This document shows positions 11,201 through 20,033 of a DNA stretch of 56,325 nt, piece after piece. A program made the translations under genes and the position numbers. A model generated the notes under the pieces. The model saw only the letters and a list, made by a program, of their open reading frames with translations. It had not been told where the DNA came from and searched no databases. Origin of the DNA: a virus (Duplodnaviria; Caudoviricetes); IMG/VR virus record IMGVR_UViG_3300044233_001555, positions 1-56,325 of that record; one strand, given 5' to 3'. The first letter of the stretch is position 1. Every line of letters starts with the position of its first letter.

Positions 11201-14200
11201 GCAAGAAGGACGTAACCAAATTCTCTAAGGGTATGACAATTGAGGTTGATCGAATGTCTACTCCTAACAACATGAGCGTACGCATAAGTTACGATAACTT
11301 TGAGACTGACTTTGAGAACTACTCAATAGTACGCCCCATTCCCGCAGATGGGCAAGGCTCCTTCAAGTACAACACTGGACTAACACCTAAGAGATTTAAA
11401 GAGGTGCTTGGCAGTACTGTTGGCAGGCTAAACTTGGAAAGGCTTATCAAGAGTGGCGAGGTAATCATAGTACAGAACCAACAGGATGTTCCCTTTAACT
11501 TGATTAACATGGGTGTTCATGCTGTTACTCGCAACGGAAAGACTTGGTTCATAACCAACAACATCAAGGAAAGCGAGATCACTGGGCTGTACCTGCATGA
11601 GATTGGTGTACACCTTGGCATGAAGCAGGTATACGGAGATGACTTCAACTCTATCCTTAACGAAGTAAAGAGCAGACGAAACAATCCAGAATGGGCTGAC
11701 GCATTCGATGCCGCTACTATTTCAGCAAACCAGAAAACATTTGCTGATGATGTTGCAAGAGAAAACTATATTTCAGAAGAAGCCTTTGCATATTTTGTTG
11801 AGTCTAATGCTGAATACAAGAATTCTTTTTGGCAAATAATCTTTGACACTCTGAAGAGAGTAGCCGCAAGATTCCAGATGTACATTGGAAAGCCAGTGTC
11901 TGACGGACAACTGATTGCATTTGCAAGAGGTGCGGCACGTGGCATGTCACAAAGAAACAACCAACAAACTATTGACTCTGACGATGAGGAGTACTACTCC
12001 TTGGTGCAGGGCGCGGCTGATCGTATCCTTGAAACAGAAGGAGGAAGGAAACTGCATGATGCCGCAGAGAGAGCAGGCTACACTGAGAAGGCAGGCTCTG
12101 CATGGAGAGCAACAAAGAAGTTCTTTGATCCGTTTGCTAATCTACCATTTGCTAGAGACTTAAGAAAACTAAGATCACTACTGGCAGGTAAGATGGGTGA
12201 GATTGAGTCATTGGGTAGAGATATCCTCAAGGCATACGACAACCTGACGGAAGAACAAAACCAAGAACTGTTTGAGTTCTTTACAACTAAAGGCGCTACC
12301 TTTGCAGAAAACTCTACGGTGGACAAACAACTACAACAGGCTTCCATTGGATTAAAAAACAAGATAGAAGAAATCGCTACTGAAGCAGAGTTACGAGAGA
12401 TGTTTCCAGAGGCAAGCAAGGAGCAACTTGCAGAACTTAGGGGAGCATATCTGCCAAGGGTTTATCTCACAAACATTCTATCCCATTCCACTGACATAGG
12501 AGGTAAGTTTAGAACTACTGGAAAACTTTGGACTATGCCAAGAAAAGAGTTTGATGAGTCTGTAAGGGAAATGATGGGAGAGATTAAAGATGTTAAGTAT
12601 CTACTCTACAATGCACTCACAATGTCTCAACATGACATTGTAGTTATAGATTATCTTAAGCAGTTATCAGTTCGATCTGCTATCGAAGAGTCTGAGGCCC
12701 TGAAAAAACTTAAAGAGAACCTTAACCAGAAGATGGTTGACAGAGATAATGCAACCACTGATGAGCAAAAAACTGCACTTGATCAAGATATAAAAGATTT
12801 AAAAAAACAAATAAAAGATATGCCCAAGGATGAGAGGTCTGTAGCAGGGGATGTTCCTTGGGTAATGCCAATGCAATGGGTTGAAATTCCATTTATAAAA
12901 AAGGATGGCACAAAAGGAAAAAGGCTAACAACACTAGCAAGTTTGGAAAGACAAATAACTGCATTTAATAATCTAATTGCTCAAGGCAAATCAACAATGA
13001 AACCTGAAGCAATAGAGGCATTAAAAGAGAGGTCTGCTGAACTTGAGTTGGCTCGTAAGGAATTCTATGACAGCCTTGGTGTTCCTCTTGATCAGTTGGG
13101 TACAAACCAAGAAGGAGATGCCTCTAGCATTGCTAAGTATTATGATGACAACTATGACTTAAAAATGTTTAGGAGAATACCTAACATACCTGATAAGTAC
13201 GGCTCTATGGCAGGGCTGTATGTTCGCAGGGAGATTTATGAAGACATCATAGGCAATGCAGACATGGTGAAAGGTGAGCAGAATCTTTTTCAGAGAATGC
13301 TACTTCCTTATGGTAAACATGCCAAGTTGGTAAGTGCGTTCAAGATTCTTAAGGTTCCTCTTAACCCTCCGACAGTAGTAAGAAACTTTGTATCTAACTT
13401 AGTGTTGATGCAGTTGATAGGAGGCGTTGCTTTCCATAGACAACCTGCATTATTGAGAGCGGCTATCAAAGAGATGAGAGGAGAAGACTCAGGCATGGTC
13501 TTTACTCACTCAAAGACAGGTAAAAAGTTTACTGCTTATGAACTCGCTCAAGAGCAGGGCGTATCAGGCACGACACTAACATCTGCTGAGTTAAAGAAGA
13601 TGGAGATAGTGTTCCAATACATGGAGAAGGAAGGAGCATGGGGAATACTAACCGGAGGCCAGAAGATGTGGAACAAACTGGCAGAGTTTGGTGGTGACCT
13701 TTACCAGAACATAGAGATACTTGGTAAGGTTGCGGTTATCATGGACAAACTTAACAACGATACTCAGAGGGCAGAACTAAACGATATTCTTGCGAAAGAG
13801 AATTCAAAAATACTTACTATTGAAGACATAGCAGTTCAGGAAGCGAACAGGATTTTGTTTGACTACAGCGAGGTTAGCCCTACTATCAGAGGATTGAGAT
13901 CATCCTTTCTTGGAGCGCCATTTATAACGTTCCAAGTTAAGGTGTTGCCTGAGTTGGTCAAGGTTCTGAATGATCCAAGCAAGTACCATAGGTTCATCCC
14001 ATACATGATGTTGATTGGTAGCGCACAGGCATTGTTCGGTTCCTTTCCATTCGTGGAGGATGATTGGGATAAGATGGAAGAGTTACTGCCTGAGTTTACA
14101 AAGGACAACACGATGTTGTTCCTGCCTTGGAAGGATTCAGAAGGTAGATGGCAGGCTGTTGATATCTCTTACTTCTTCCCTTGGTCTTGGTATACCCAGA

Positions 14201-14796
14201 TGGCAACTAAACTTGGACAGGGGGATGTCTCAAAAGCACTGATTGAGGGTGGCGTCATAGGCCCCGGTTGGCAATTGATGACAGCCATCACAACCAACAA
14301 AGACCCTTGGAGTGGTTACGATATTGTCAACGAGAACGATCCATTATCTGACAGAGTGTTTGACAAGATCAGTTACATGAACTCAATGATGCTACCTCCT
14401 TGGTTAACTCGTAATGGTCTAGTGTCTGTTTCCTCATTAGGTGAGGCCATGTACAGGCTTGATCCTAAAGAGATAGAAGGAAAGTTGTTCGACTTTGCTT
14501 TGGGTAGAACTAACAGATATGGAGACACTAAGGTTAGTTTTGGAAAACTTCTTGGTTCTTCTATAGGCCTTAACCCTTACGCAATATCTCCTGATGCACG
14601 TTCAGCACAGAACAGGAGATACAATTCTGAGATAAGAGGATTTAAGGCAGACATAACTTCTACCAGAAAGAACAGAAGTCTCGCGCCAGATCAAAAGAAG
14701 CGAAAGGTCAACGAGTTGAAGAGAAGGATTGATGAAGCAAGGGAGGAGAAAGCGGAGTTTAACAGGAAGACATCTGGTATAGAGAGAACGCTATGA
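5272..14796 (+). CDS. Giant internal virion / DNA transfer (polyvalent-type) protein with zincin-like HExxxH motif
   Basis: 3174 aa; hydrophobic Gly/Ala-rich N-terminus; 'LYLHEIGVH...EEAFAY' zincin-like motif; C-terminal 'DYSEVSP...APFITFQVK' region as in phage DNA transfer proteins. Confidence 0.7.
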   Translation: MVEYYREGAPVGQEAPTDTRTAEEILLQSPGIQAGQAIHTLLPPERSDASLAFSKGKRLLSGSAEVTFKGFTGEFLKQLGLEEAGQTWLSDAYMSGILMGMDVNEIDEQLKGPKNLGEIEDWKGAIAWGVNAVAEQVPNLVTTFAPAIVGTLLTRNPMMFAGRAGSIGKGVTYVGTLGTIDFLNTAEVYTDLLMETTQSRPAVAAATGTLMSSLDMLVPFAVIKRMGKGPDFSSWLGKKLKDPKSRLAVGLGTAIGTGVSEGTFEYVQTMMEGAALNYVQEKDILTEYSEAQREEQLEAGARGALIGTLLGIPVSYSGRSARKKAKDYTQNIIDKTQQSIVESNEALNAQDQVDFNSRNLPVPIAGTAQGLLGEFNNAKTIEQLDLSLPQPESAESIFEEDISQPEYMQYVRTGEIAPQRLYRIARKISRNEELSPIELSIYGGNRPQIESVLVDIQNKNRQEKILKQAIAKTKAGNIAAILNRDSVSIPELDTLARLGSPSQIAQEEGQKRQLFRRMTGPQRLPAPDAPVDRSEPLTGPPVVERGQTGVRRVPTETTQDILSDLEYGPKGKQTARTKMTALGWNVTGETPAINKTARKEPAFEGDTDLTRTIKKTKAGPYDFTYIYETENHILKKEDGLKKSFWEITDKKTGKVIDRAFGEGGMKFLAEKYESRPVDVVQKREREEQQREVVGISFEQAMSEKGLLEVGKGDQVRFYRRNPETGKWYYPDNTIYLLLEKPTAKVPKNLKGKQFTVNSPIYVTYKLRNLSTNEEGTATIPPTEENVRLVLRQQGAWKYPKFFGEPVTEIEALVEEAGDDLSTELTEADLASLPKKDRERLAETITVDDLQKYTDEGRKQETLQRISEFYDRLENDIAFREEIEDAITRVSITRQALEATGEKRYRPFAKREAKIQTAFPAVGDNLNLLSKSSMEAVEEWIDNSFTVYIRKNELPSATKSAEEERAATKDLQNVDVNKLVAKGEADRQSTDLEEGIDEAGPAKTPEEAERKAEEAGEIARITEQQFRDDVYVKKTYKTDETLYEVFGKTDAEVTKIRAAVKRAITGRLDRRQKGKVRFIKKPETERDDVQIDTLDPETGERPTPETTRVKVRPSVAKEKGLEEGVFYPWEDIGTVPQWNTAKGDLSNAYLKVAGQLVLKTDIIGVEQRAPTKQLRQANFIEVVTPDTIPNPETVDKVFVDRRTGVTVVKRKKDEDVEFDPAMLSPISDVEVYITFTNKQEHEAKVEALRDALMPMARETEGKVRPIKRVVNTTDNKKFLTTDLAQSLRGGRVTAVVKPNVLYRVNKIRKSKGLKPIKDFKFPFEVSQHSLRSYAIPKGIERGVGIKEFGTLPFFGKGRKGFINISDGSNIITISADSVLEATQTAVVPELIGAMASYEALVEAGPERGSRLVASYNLSPVSRKGDIPKYNEFVDAVFGETAHRYGMFGTDRERLQKARSESLSENIGNKAMFEMYDGSVVSGVISYVNANSVGIKVDGKLTGFDVLNYQRVQVVRPEKPIEVREGAPIEDIGRPDSMLTYYPFKEETVDVERVPVFGSAVSDEQTIVRVYYSKLNNTYSVSVDGTKDLEGATADQTAAFLNNLDKVTEGEFKVRKLPEGLKREVRRTILRKKDVKVSVPPDPLSGVEVRYKYSPGKEEAELGITTMPIAEPELSKKVKDLRASGKSFSSIAKKLGISIEKAQSVFEVTTRDDLITPEIAEKYGAVLSDPDAAKKLADDTETQKAAQEVVDKVAEMEEANRKKREEQAAPVETTPATTKNFTPEQFYKGPPLKSGKEAFDVLIQERDRRKSESPRKQFRIEVDLNSLNSFGLPSIKKIQLLYSPILRRQPGFKIVRSATTTLYSDGRKVSFDFVKKIAPVEVVTEPDAPTTEEALMDDLIDESFEEERQTTDDVPTDPEQVVAKPITGDTPFVRMDLGQSFEDKYGGKWKVTEKVSNVVYVQFTGGKAPDLKFQAIVHGKKDVTKFSKGMTIEVDRMSTPNNMSVRISYDNFETDFENYSIVRPIPADGQGSFKYNTGLTPKRFKEVLGSTVGRLNLERLIKSGEVIIVQNQQDVPFNLINMGVHAVTRNGKTWFITNNIKESEITGLYLHEIGVHLGMKQVYGDDFNSILNEVKSRRNNPEWADAFDAATISANQKTFADDVARENYISEEAFAYFVESNAEYKNSFWQIIFDTLKRVAARFQMYIGKPVSDGQLIAFARGAARGMSQRNNQQTIDSDDEEYYSLVQGAADRILETEGGRKLHDAAERAGYTEKAGSAWRATKKFFDPFANLPFARDLRKLRSLLAGKMGEIESLGRDILKAYDNLTEEQNQELFEFFTTKGATFAENSTVDKQLQQASIGLKNKIEEIATEAELREMFPEASKEQLAELRGAYLPRVYLTNILSHSTDIGGKFRTTGKLWTMPRKEFDESVREMMGEIKDVKYLLYNALTMSQHDIVVIDYLKQLSVRSAIEESEALKKLKENLNQKMVDRDNATTDEQKTALDQDIKDLKKQIKDMPKDERSVAGDVPWVMPMQWVEIPFIKKDGTKGKRLTTLASLERQITAFNNLIAQGKSTMKPEAIEALKERSAELELARKEFYDSLGVPLDQLGTNQEGDASSIAKYYDDNYDLKMFRRIPNIPDKYGSMAGLYVRREIYEDIIGNADMVKGEQNLFQRMLLPYGKHAKLVSAFKILKVPLNPPTVVRNFVSNLVLMQLIGGVAFHRQPALLRAAIKEMRGEDSGMVFTHSKTGKKFTAYELAQEQGVSGTTLTSAELKKMEIVFQYMEKEGAWGILTGGQKMWNKLAEFGGDLYQNIEILGKVAVIMDKLNNDTQRAELNDILAKENSKILTIEDIAVQEANRILFDYSEVSPTIRGLRSSFLGAPFITFQVKVLPELVKVLNDPSKYHRFIPYMMLIGSAQALFGSFPFVEDDWDKMEELLPEFTKDNTMLFLPWKDSEGRWQAVDISYFFPWSWYTQMATKLGQGDVSKALIEGGVIGPGWQLMTAITTNKDPWSGYDIVNENDPLSDRVFDKISYMNSMMLPPWLTRNGLVSVSSLGEAMYRLDPKEIEGKLFDFALGRTNRYGDTKVSFGKLLGSSIGLNPYAISPDARSAQNRRYNSEIRGFKADITSTRKNRSLAPDQKKRKVNELKRRIDEAREEKAEFNRKTSGIERTL

Positions 14797-15029
14797 GATT
14801 GGTTTGCGTAGAATGGCAAGATATTCTTGCGTCAGCAGGGTGGGAAAAAGAAGATGAGATAGAGCCGCAAACCTTTTGGACTGTCGGATACCTCATCGTT
14901 AAAGACTCAAAGGTGTTGAAGATTGCCAACACCAAGGATGTGGAGGACAACTACTTTGGTATCACTGCCTTCCCCATCGGTTGCGTGGTGTCCATTACTG
15001 ATATTCCCTCAACAGTTTCCGCTGAGTAA
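14793..15029 (+). CDS. Hypothetical phage protein
   Basis: ATGA overlap with the giant ORF; 'VEWQD...GW...TVGYL...FPIGCV' pattern resembles small phage proteins. Confidence 0.65.
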   Translation: MRLVCVEWQDILASAGWEKEDEIEPQTFWTVGYLIVKDSKVLKIANTKDVEDNYFGITAFPIGCVVSITDIPSTVSAE

Positions 15030-15777
15030 CGGCAACTATCTCGTCGTAGTAACCCTCACCATCTAGTTGGTTTAACATAATCACTCCTCTCCACCACTGA
15101 TGCTCAGTGTCTCTGCACCAGTTCTCAGAGTACTTGGGGTGACTATAGCATCCGGCACTAAGACCGAATATTTTCTGGCCGTCAGGCCTCGTCTGTTCAG
15201 CGTGGTTGTACAAATGGGTGTGACCCTGTACAGCACTACAGTGCAGTTTGGAAACCAGTGTGAAGCCAAGGTGGACACTACTGATGGGCCTTCCAGATAT
15301 GCCAGAGGTAAAGTAGTGGCTGAAGGATATCCCTGCTAAAGTCAGCACTGACTTGAATGGCGTAACCTTCCACCCATTCTTCTCGTAATGTAAATCACTA
15401 ATATCAATTGTGCCATGTAACTCAGGAGCAGAGTTAGTCGCCCTGTTGATTCTGTCTTCATGGTTTCCAAGACACATGTGCATCTTAGGTTTGTACTGCT
15501 TTTCTTTGTTCTTTCTCTTCTGGGCGTTGTACGCCCTCAACGGTTCCATAAGTTTCTCTTGGGCTTCAATACAACTATTTATATCTTTCTTATAGCGTTT
15601 GCCTTCAAAGCCTTTGGTTCCCTTGTCATATGAAGATAGTGATGGCATGTCAGCAAAGTCACCCAGACATACTATGTACTCTGGCTTGTGAGCCACAATG
15701 AACTTACCCAGATGGGTAAACCTTTCATTGTCATAGTCTGGGTTGGCATGTGCATCAGGAATTATAAGAAGGTTCAT
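14995..15777 (-). CDS. Calcineurin-like metallophosphoesterase
   Basis: Motifs PDAH, LGDFAD, GNHE, SH and GHTH appear in canonical order. Confidence 0.88.
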   Translation of the reverse strand: MNLLIIPDAHANPDYDNERFTHLGKFIVAHKPEYIVCLGDFADMPSLSSYDKGTKGFEGKRYKKDINSCIEAQEKLMEPLRAYNAQKRKNKEKQYKPKMHMCLGNHEDRINRATNSAPELHGTIDISDLHYEKNGWKVTPFKSVLTLAGISFSHYFTSGISGRPISSVHLGFTLVSKLHCSAVQGHTHLYNHAEQTRPDGQKIFGLSAGCYSHPKYSENWCRDTEHQWWRGVIMLNQLDGEGYYDEIVAVTQRKLLREYQ

Positions 15778-16103
15778 AGTAGTTTAGCAATCTCCAATAC
15801 TTTGTTGTACTGCTCCCTGTTGTTACTGACCTTGGCCCATGAGACACAGTTAAAGTCGCTACATAGTTGAGGACGTTCTTCATAGATTCCACACTTGTTG
15901 TCTACTAAGTGGGAGCATCTAATCTTGATGCCAGTCTTTGTTGCTTCAATGTGTTCATGCTTCTCTACTATTGCATGTAACCACTGCATCTGCCTTGGGT
16001 CTTTCCAACTAGGATTGATTTCAATCTCGCAACATAAAGCGCACTTGGTACACAGGCTCTCAGTTATGTCGCTCTCTTGTAGAGGCCAAGGGTCATTAGC
16101 CAT
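15774..16103 (-). CDS. YkgJ-family CxxCxxCC cysteine-cluster (Zn/Fe-S) protein
   Basis: 'CTKCALCC...CSHL...CGIYEERPQLC..F' signature. Confidence 0.8.
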   Translation of the reverse strand: MANDPWPLQESDITESLCTKCALCCEIEINPSWKDPRQMQWLHAIVEKHEHIEATKTGIKIRCSHLVDNKCGIYEERPQLCSDFNCVSWAKVSNNREQYNKVLEIAKLL

Positions 16104-16576
16104 TAGGTGTATAGTTCATCTATAGGACGCAATTTATCTTGAGTTAATGTATACCCCGGCCCATGCCCCAAGTCGTTTATATTTTTATCAGATAGTAATT
16201 CATCTTTTAAGGCAAACCCCCTTATGATATAATCTGGAAACACTCCTGTTACCAACAGGTAAACATCAACCTCTTCCGATCTTGTGTTTAACTTGGCAAC
16301 TAATTTTCCAGTTTTGTACTTTGTTGTTTTTACATCTATCTTTATCCCTCTATACTTAATATCCCAACCAGAGTCAGGCTCAAGTATCAGGCTTGGGTAT
16401 ACATTTAATACTTTGCTTGCGGCTATTTCCCCGCCAATGCCCTCAAGATCAGTTTGTTCTGATGATTGTTTTCCTATCTGTTGATCCGGTCTGCCATTTT
16501 TTCTAGCCAGTTCGTACCTTTGCTTTGCTAAAGTTTCACATACAACCTGTTCACCGAAGTTTAGAGATACGTTCAT
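16103..16576 (-). CDS. Hypothetical protein, possible PD-(D/E)XK nuclease fold
   Basis: 'GEIA...WD...IDVKT' has the E..D..DxK spacing. Confidence 0.5.
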   Translation of the reverse strand: MNVSLNFGEQVVCETLAKQRYELARKNGRPDQQIGKQSSEQTDLEGIGGEIAASKVLNVYPSLILEPDSGWDIKYRGIKIDVKTTKYKTGKLVAKLNTRSEEVDVYLLVTGVFPDYIIRGFALKDELLSDKNINDLGHGPGYTLTQDKLRPIDELYT

Positions 16577-16582
16577 TGTGTT

Positions 16583-18433
16583 TCACAGTTCACAAGCACC
16601 TCCTGTGCAGGCAAACTCCTGACTGCTAGTGGTAACGTCCTCTTCCTCAAGGATCAAGTCCCAGTCAATCTCCTTTGGTATCTGCTTGGCTCTCTCTTTG
16701 TACTCTGCTTCATCACAGTCCTCATAGGGAGCAGACTCATACGAGTGAGCCTCGTCTGCGCTAGGCAAGAATGAAACACCAGATACGATGTCAAAGTTTT
16801 TCCAAACCCATGCTCCTACCTCCATCCACTCATGCTCCTTAACGTAGATAGTGACTGACGGTTTGTGTTCGCACCAGTGTACAGTGAATCTCTTCCATAT
16901 CTCAAGATGATCTAAGGCTGACAGGTCATGTCTAGTGAGAGACTTCTTAGGAGACTTCTGAGGGAACTCAAATACCCAAGCCTCTGCGTTGTAAGGGTCA
17001 GTGTGGTATGGCACTTTACAGTCAATCAGGGCCTGTGATAGAGGGTCTTTCTTGTCGTTGCGAACCCTGCGAATCAAGTGTGAATTGTAACGAGGGTGTA
17101 TCCCTGATGCACTGTCCACAAGTTGACTGACCGTACCTGATGGCTTGACACAAGTGATAGCGGTACTCTCTGGGATGCCAAGTTTCTTAGCCCACTTCTT
17201 GTTGACACTTACAGCATGTGCCTTGAGAGATTCCAGATCATCTGCACTGGCATTCATTAAAGCGGGACAGTCCATGATCCCTGTCAGGCTAACGCCAAGC
17301 AGTCTCTCCTCTTCAGTGTTACGCTTCCATGCGGGAGAAAGATACCTGAAGTCAGTGAGAGTAGCCTGTAAAGTGCCAATGATAGTGGCGATCTCTACCT
17401 TGTTCTTGATGTCAGCAAGTGTGTCGCTCTCTCTGCATACAGCCTCCGATAGATTGCAGAACTGCTTTGGTCTTAGAATAATCTCAGAGCATGGGTTACA
17501 ACCGAAGTCATGCTCACTGTCTCTGCGCTCTGGAACCATATGTTTTGCGGCTTCACGATTGAAGATGCCACGCTCTCCACTACGACTCTCATACAGGGCA
17601 GTCCACTCACGCAGGAACACGCCCATGTCAGGCTTCTCCGTGTAGCACACGCTGTTATTAGCCAAGGCCCTCTGTGGATTCTCAGCCCACCACTGACCAG
17701 ACTTGGCATGACGCATACGATCATCAGTCAGATTTGATAGCGATATAGTGGCTGACCTACGCACACCACCTACTACCACTGACTCACCGATAAAGCACAC
17801 CAGATCGTGACACTCTATGGAGTTTAGTTTCCTTCCGGCAGAGCCTTTAAACACGGCAACAAAATGCTTAAACAACTTATCCAGTGGCTCTGGGCCTGAT
17901 GCCCTGCCCCCGAATGTCTTGAGCCTAGCCCCCGCAGGCCTGATCTTGGACACATCCCATGTTGGAATCTGCCCTGCATATAACAGACTGACCAGTTCCT
18001 TTAAAGCCTTGGCCCATCCAATCTTGCTGTCCCTTACAACAATAACTGAATCGCTACTGTGAAACTCATCTGCTACCTGTGGCAGTGCATTGATGTACTG
18101 TCTCTCTACTGAAAAACCAACCCCTGTACCACACATGAGAATGTACATGCATTCATCAAATGCTCTTGGGCTATCAATGGGAAGATAGGAACAGTTGTAT
18201 CCTGCGACTGCATCTCTTTCTAATGCTTTGCCACTGGTCATTAAACATCTCATGCTAGGCATTACATCCATGCTAACAATGGCATCACGAACAAGATCAA
18301 GATTGGTAGAGGTTCTGTTCTGGAAGAAGTTTATGTAACGCTCGACTGTCTCCTCCCAAGTTTCTCTACGCTTCTGATCATCAAGATACTTGGCATACCT
18401 AGACTTGTGTATAAACTTTTGATACTCGTTCAT
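16583..18433 (-). CDS. nrdJ: Class II (adenosylcobalamin-dependent) ribonucleotide reductase
   Basis: NPCSEI catalytic motif, TCVKPSGTVSQL, VVVGGVRRSA, C-terminal CTGGAC redox pair; no nrdB-like gene nearby. Confidence 0.9.
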   Translation of the reverse strand: MNEYQKFIHKSRYAKYLDDQKRRETWEETVERYINFFQNRTSTNLDLVRDAIVSMDVMPSMRCLMTSGKALERDAVAGYNCSYLPIDSPRAFDECMYILMCGTGVGFSVERQYINALPQVADEFHSSDSVIVVRDSKIGWAKALKELVSLLYAGQIPTWDVSKIRPAGARLKTFGGRASGPEPLDKLFKHFVAVFKGSAGRKLNSIECHDLVCFIGESVVVGGVRRSATISLSNLTDDRMRHAKSGQWWAENPQRALANNSVCYTEKPDMGVFLREWTALYESRSGERGIFNREAAKHMVPERRDSEHDFGCNPCSEIILRPKQFCNLSEAVCRESDTLADIKNKVEIATIIGTLQATLTDFRYLSPAWKRNTEEERLLGVSLTGIMDCPALMNASADDLESLKAHAVSVNKKWAKKLGIPESTAITCVKPSGTVSQLVDSASGIHPRYNSHLIRRVRNDKKDPLSQALIDCKVPYHTDPYNAEAWVFEFPQKSPKKSLTRHDLSALDHLEIWKRFTVHWCEHKPSVTIYVKEHEWMEVGAWVWKNFDIVSGVSFLPSADEAHSYESAPYEDCDEAEYKERAKQIPKEIDWDLILEEEDVTTSSQEFACTGGACEL

Positions 18434-18711
18434 AATGTGACAGGCCCCTCTTCTACTTCGATTTCTAACTTGGATATCTCAGACATTGGGATGATCCACT
18501 TGCTGTTATCGGCAAGACCTATCTCATACACGGTGATGTCCTTGAAGGAACTCTGAGATGACATGTCTCCTGCAAGTACCTCCTGTTGCCTGCCTGATTT
18601 CTTGGCCCAACATATTGACTCTATATCTATGATCACTGGAAAGTTCTGTAGGATCACAGTCCTTGTTCCCTGTGACCGTTTGAAAAACTTTACTTCTCTG
18701 TAAAATGACAT
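18430..18711 (-). CDS. Hypothetical protein
   Basis: Coupled to nrdJ by an ATGA overlap. Confidence 0.55.
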   Translation of the reverse strand: MSFYREVKFFKRSQGTRTVILQNFPVIIDIESICWAKKSGRQQEVLAGDMSSQSSFKDITVYEIGLADNSKWIIPMSEISKLEIEVEEGPVTL

Positions 18712-18932
18712 TCAAGTTCCTCGTAATCTTCTTTCAGATTCTTTTTAATTGCGTACTCTATATACTCTTCAAGAGAGACTCCCCAAAAACTTTTGAACAC
18801 ATTGCTCCAGTTTTTTGAGGAGTCTTTTCTCGACTTACGGTAGCAGTACCTAGCAAATGAATACTTCATATGCTCTGCTAGGTCATAGTTTAACGAACTT
18901 ACATTAGAAGGGAATGTCCTCTCCCTTCTCAA
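18690..18932 (-). CDS. Hypothetical protein (start uncertain)
   Basis: Fills the gap between ssb and the next ORF on the operon strand. Confidence 0.45.
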   Translation of the reverse strand: MRRERTFPSNVSSLNYDLAEHMKYSFARYCYRKSRKDSSKNWSNVFKSFWGVSLEEYIEYAIKKNLKEDYEELECHFTEK

Positions 18933-19275
18933 CTACGTCAGCGGTGTGCTTATCTCCTCCTGCACCTCCTAGCATCTGCATTGTATACCCATTAATCTCA
19001 GTCACGTACCTCTTGATCCCCTCTTTGTCATCATATGAGCGGTTAGAGATTCTTCCCTCGACATAGATTTGTGATCCCTTGTTTACGTACTGCTTGATCA
19101 CATCAGCAGTCTTCCCAAAGAACACAACTCTGTGCCAGTCGGTTGTCTTGTTGTCTCCATACCCACTGTTGGTTGCCAGTGAGAAAGACGCCACTGTGTC
19201 TCCCGATTTAGTCTCGCGGAACTCTGGCTCTTTGCCAACGTGACCCACTAATATCGCTTTGTTTACGCTTGCCAT
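18904..19275 (-). CDS. ssb: Single-stranded DNA-binding protein
   Basis: 'VNKAILVG..GKEPE', 'TDWHRVVFFGK', 'KGSQIYVEGR' and an acidic 'DIPF' C-terminus. Confidence 0.95.
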   Translation of the reverse strand: MASVNKAILVGHVGKEPEFRETKSGDTVASFSLATNSGYGDNKTTDWHRVVFFGKTADVIKQYVNKGSQIYVEGRISNRSYDDKEGIKRYVTEINGYTMQMLGGAGGDKHTADVVEKGEDIPF

Positions 19276-20033
19276 CTAGCATCGTACCTCTTGGTTAGTT
19301 TCCATAATTGTAAGGCCGCTTCAAACATACTAAACAACCTCTCTCTTTCTTCCCATTGGTACTCTACTACATAACCGGGAGAAGAAACCGATACAAAAAG
19401 GTTGAGGAGTTTCCTACCTCCACCTATCCCATGATTGTAAGCCGCCAGTTGTACTCCATAAGAGTCGTATAAATCAGGCTTCTTACCTTCATCCAAAACT
19501 TCCTTGGTCTTGAAGTCAACAACCCACTCATCAGAGTGTACATCTATCTTACCTCCGTACCCCATTGGGTGAGCGAATGACTTCTCCACCTTCCAGTCCT
19601 GATCGCCACAAACTTCTCTCATCTTTGCGAGGGTTTGCGTGACCATGTGTATTTCGTTTGGATTTTCTGACCCACAACTGCCAGTTAGTAGTTGTTGCTC
19701 AATCAGGTTGTGCATGTACGTCCCTCTCTCAGAAGACTTTATCGAATGCTCCTTGGACAATGCAAACACACGCTTCTTGAACTCTTTCTCATCCTCATCC
19801 CAGTACTGTTTAGATTCTAACATCGACTCAAACAACTGGTCTTGAAAGTATCTGTTCAGACCGGGAGAGGCAACCACATCTTTCCAAACGGTAGACACAG
19901 AAGGAACCCAGCCATACTTACGAGCGTCACGCAAAGTCGTTTTACGAATTTTGGGAGCGCCACTTACCAGAGATTGGTTTTCAATCTCGTACCTTGGGGT
20001 TCCCTCCTTGTCATACCAGTGGCTCATTTCCAC
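19263..20033 (-). CDS. PD-(D/E)XK exonuclease (recombination module)
   Basis: 'PSVSTV', 'RGTYMH', 'E...YGGKID...VDFKT', 'QLAAY'. Confidence 0.8.
   Translation of the reverse strand: MEMSHWYDKEGTPRYEIENQSLVSGAPKIRKTTLRDARKYGWVPSVSTVWKDVVASPGLNRYFQDQLFESMLESKQYWDEDEKEFKKRVFALSKEHSIKSSERGTYMHNLIEQQLLTGSCGSENPNEIHMVTQTLAKMREVCGDQDWKVEKSFAHPMGYGGKIDVHSDEWVVDFKTKEVLDEGKKPDLYDSYGVQLAAYNHGIGGGRKLLNLFVSVSSPGYVVEYQWEERERLFSMFEAALQLWKLTKRYDARWQA

Noticed and set aside
5862-14111. Many antisense and alternate-frame ORFs inside the giant gene, and likewise inside nrdJ, the helicase and capsid genes
   Set aside because: Shadow ORFs fully overlapping well-supported genes, with no recognisable motifs.
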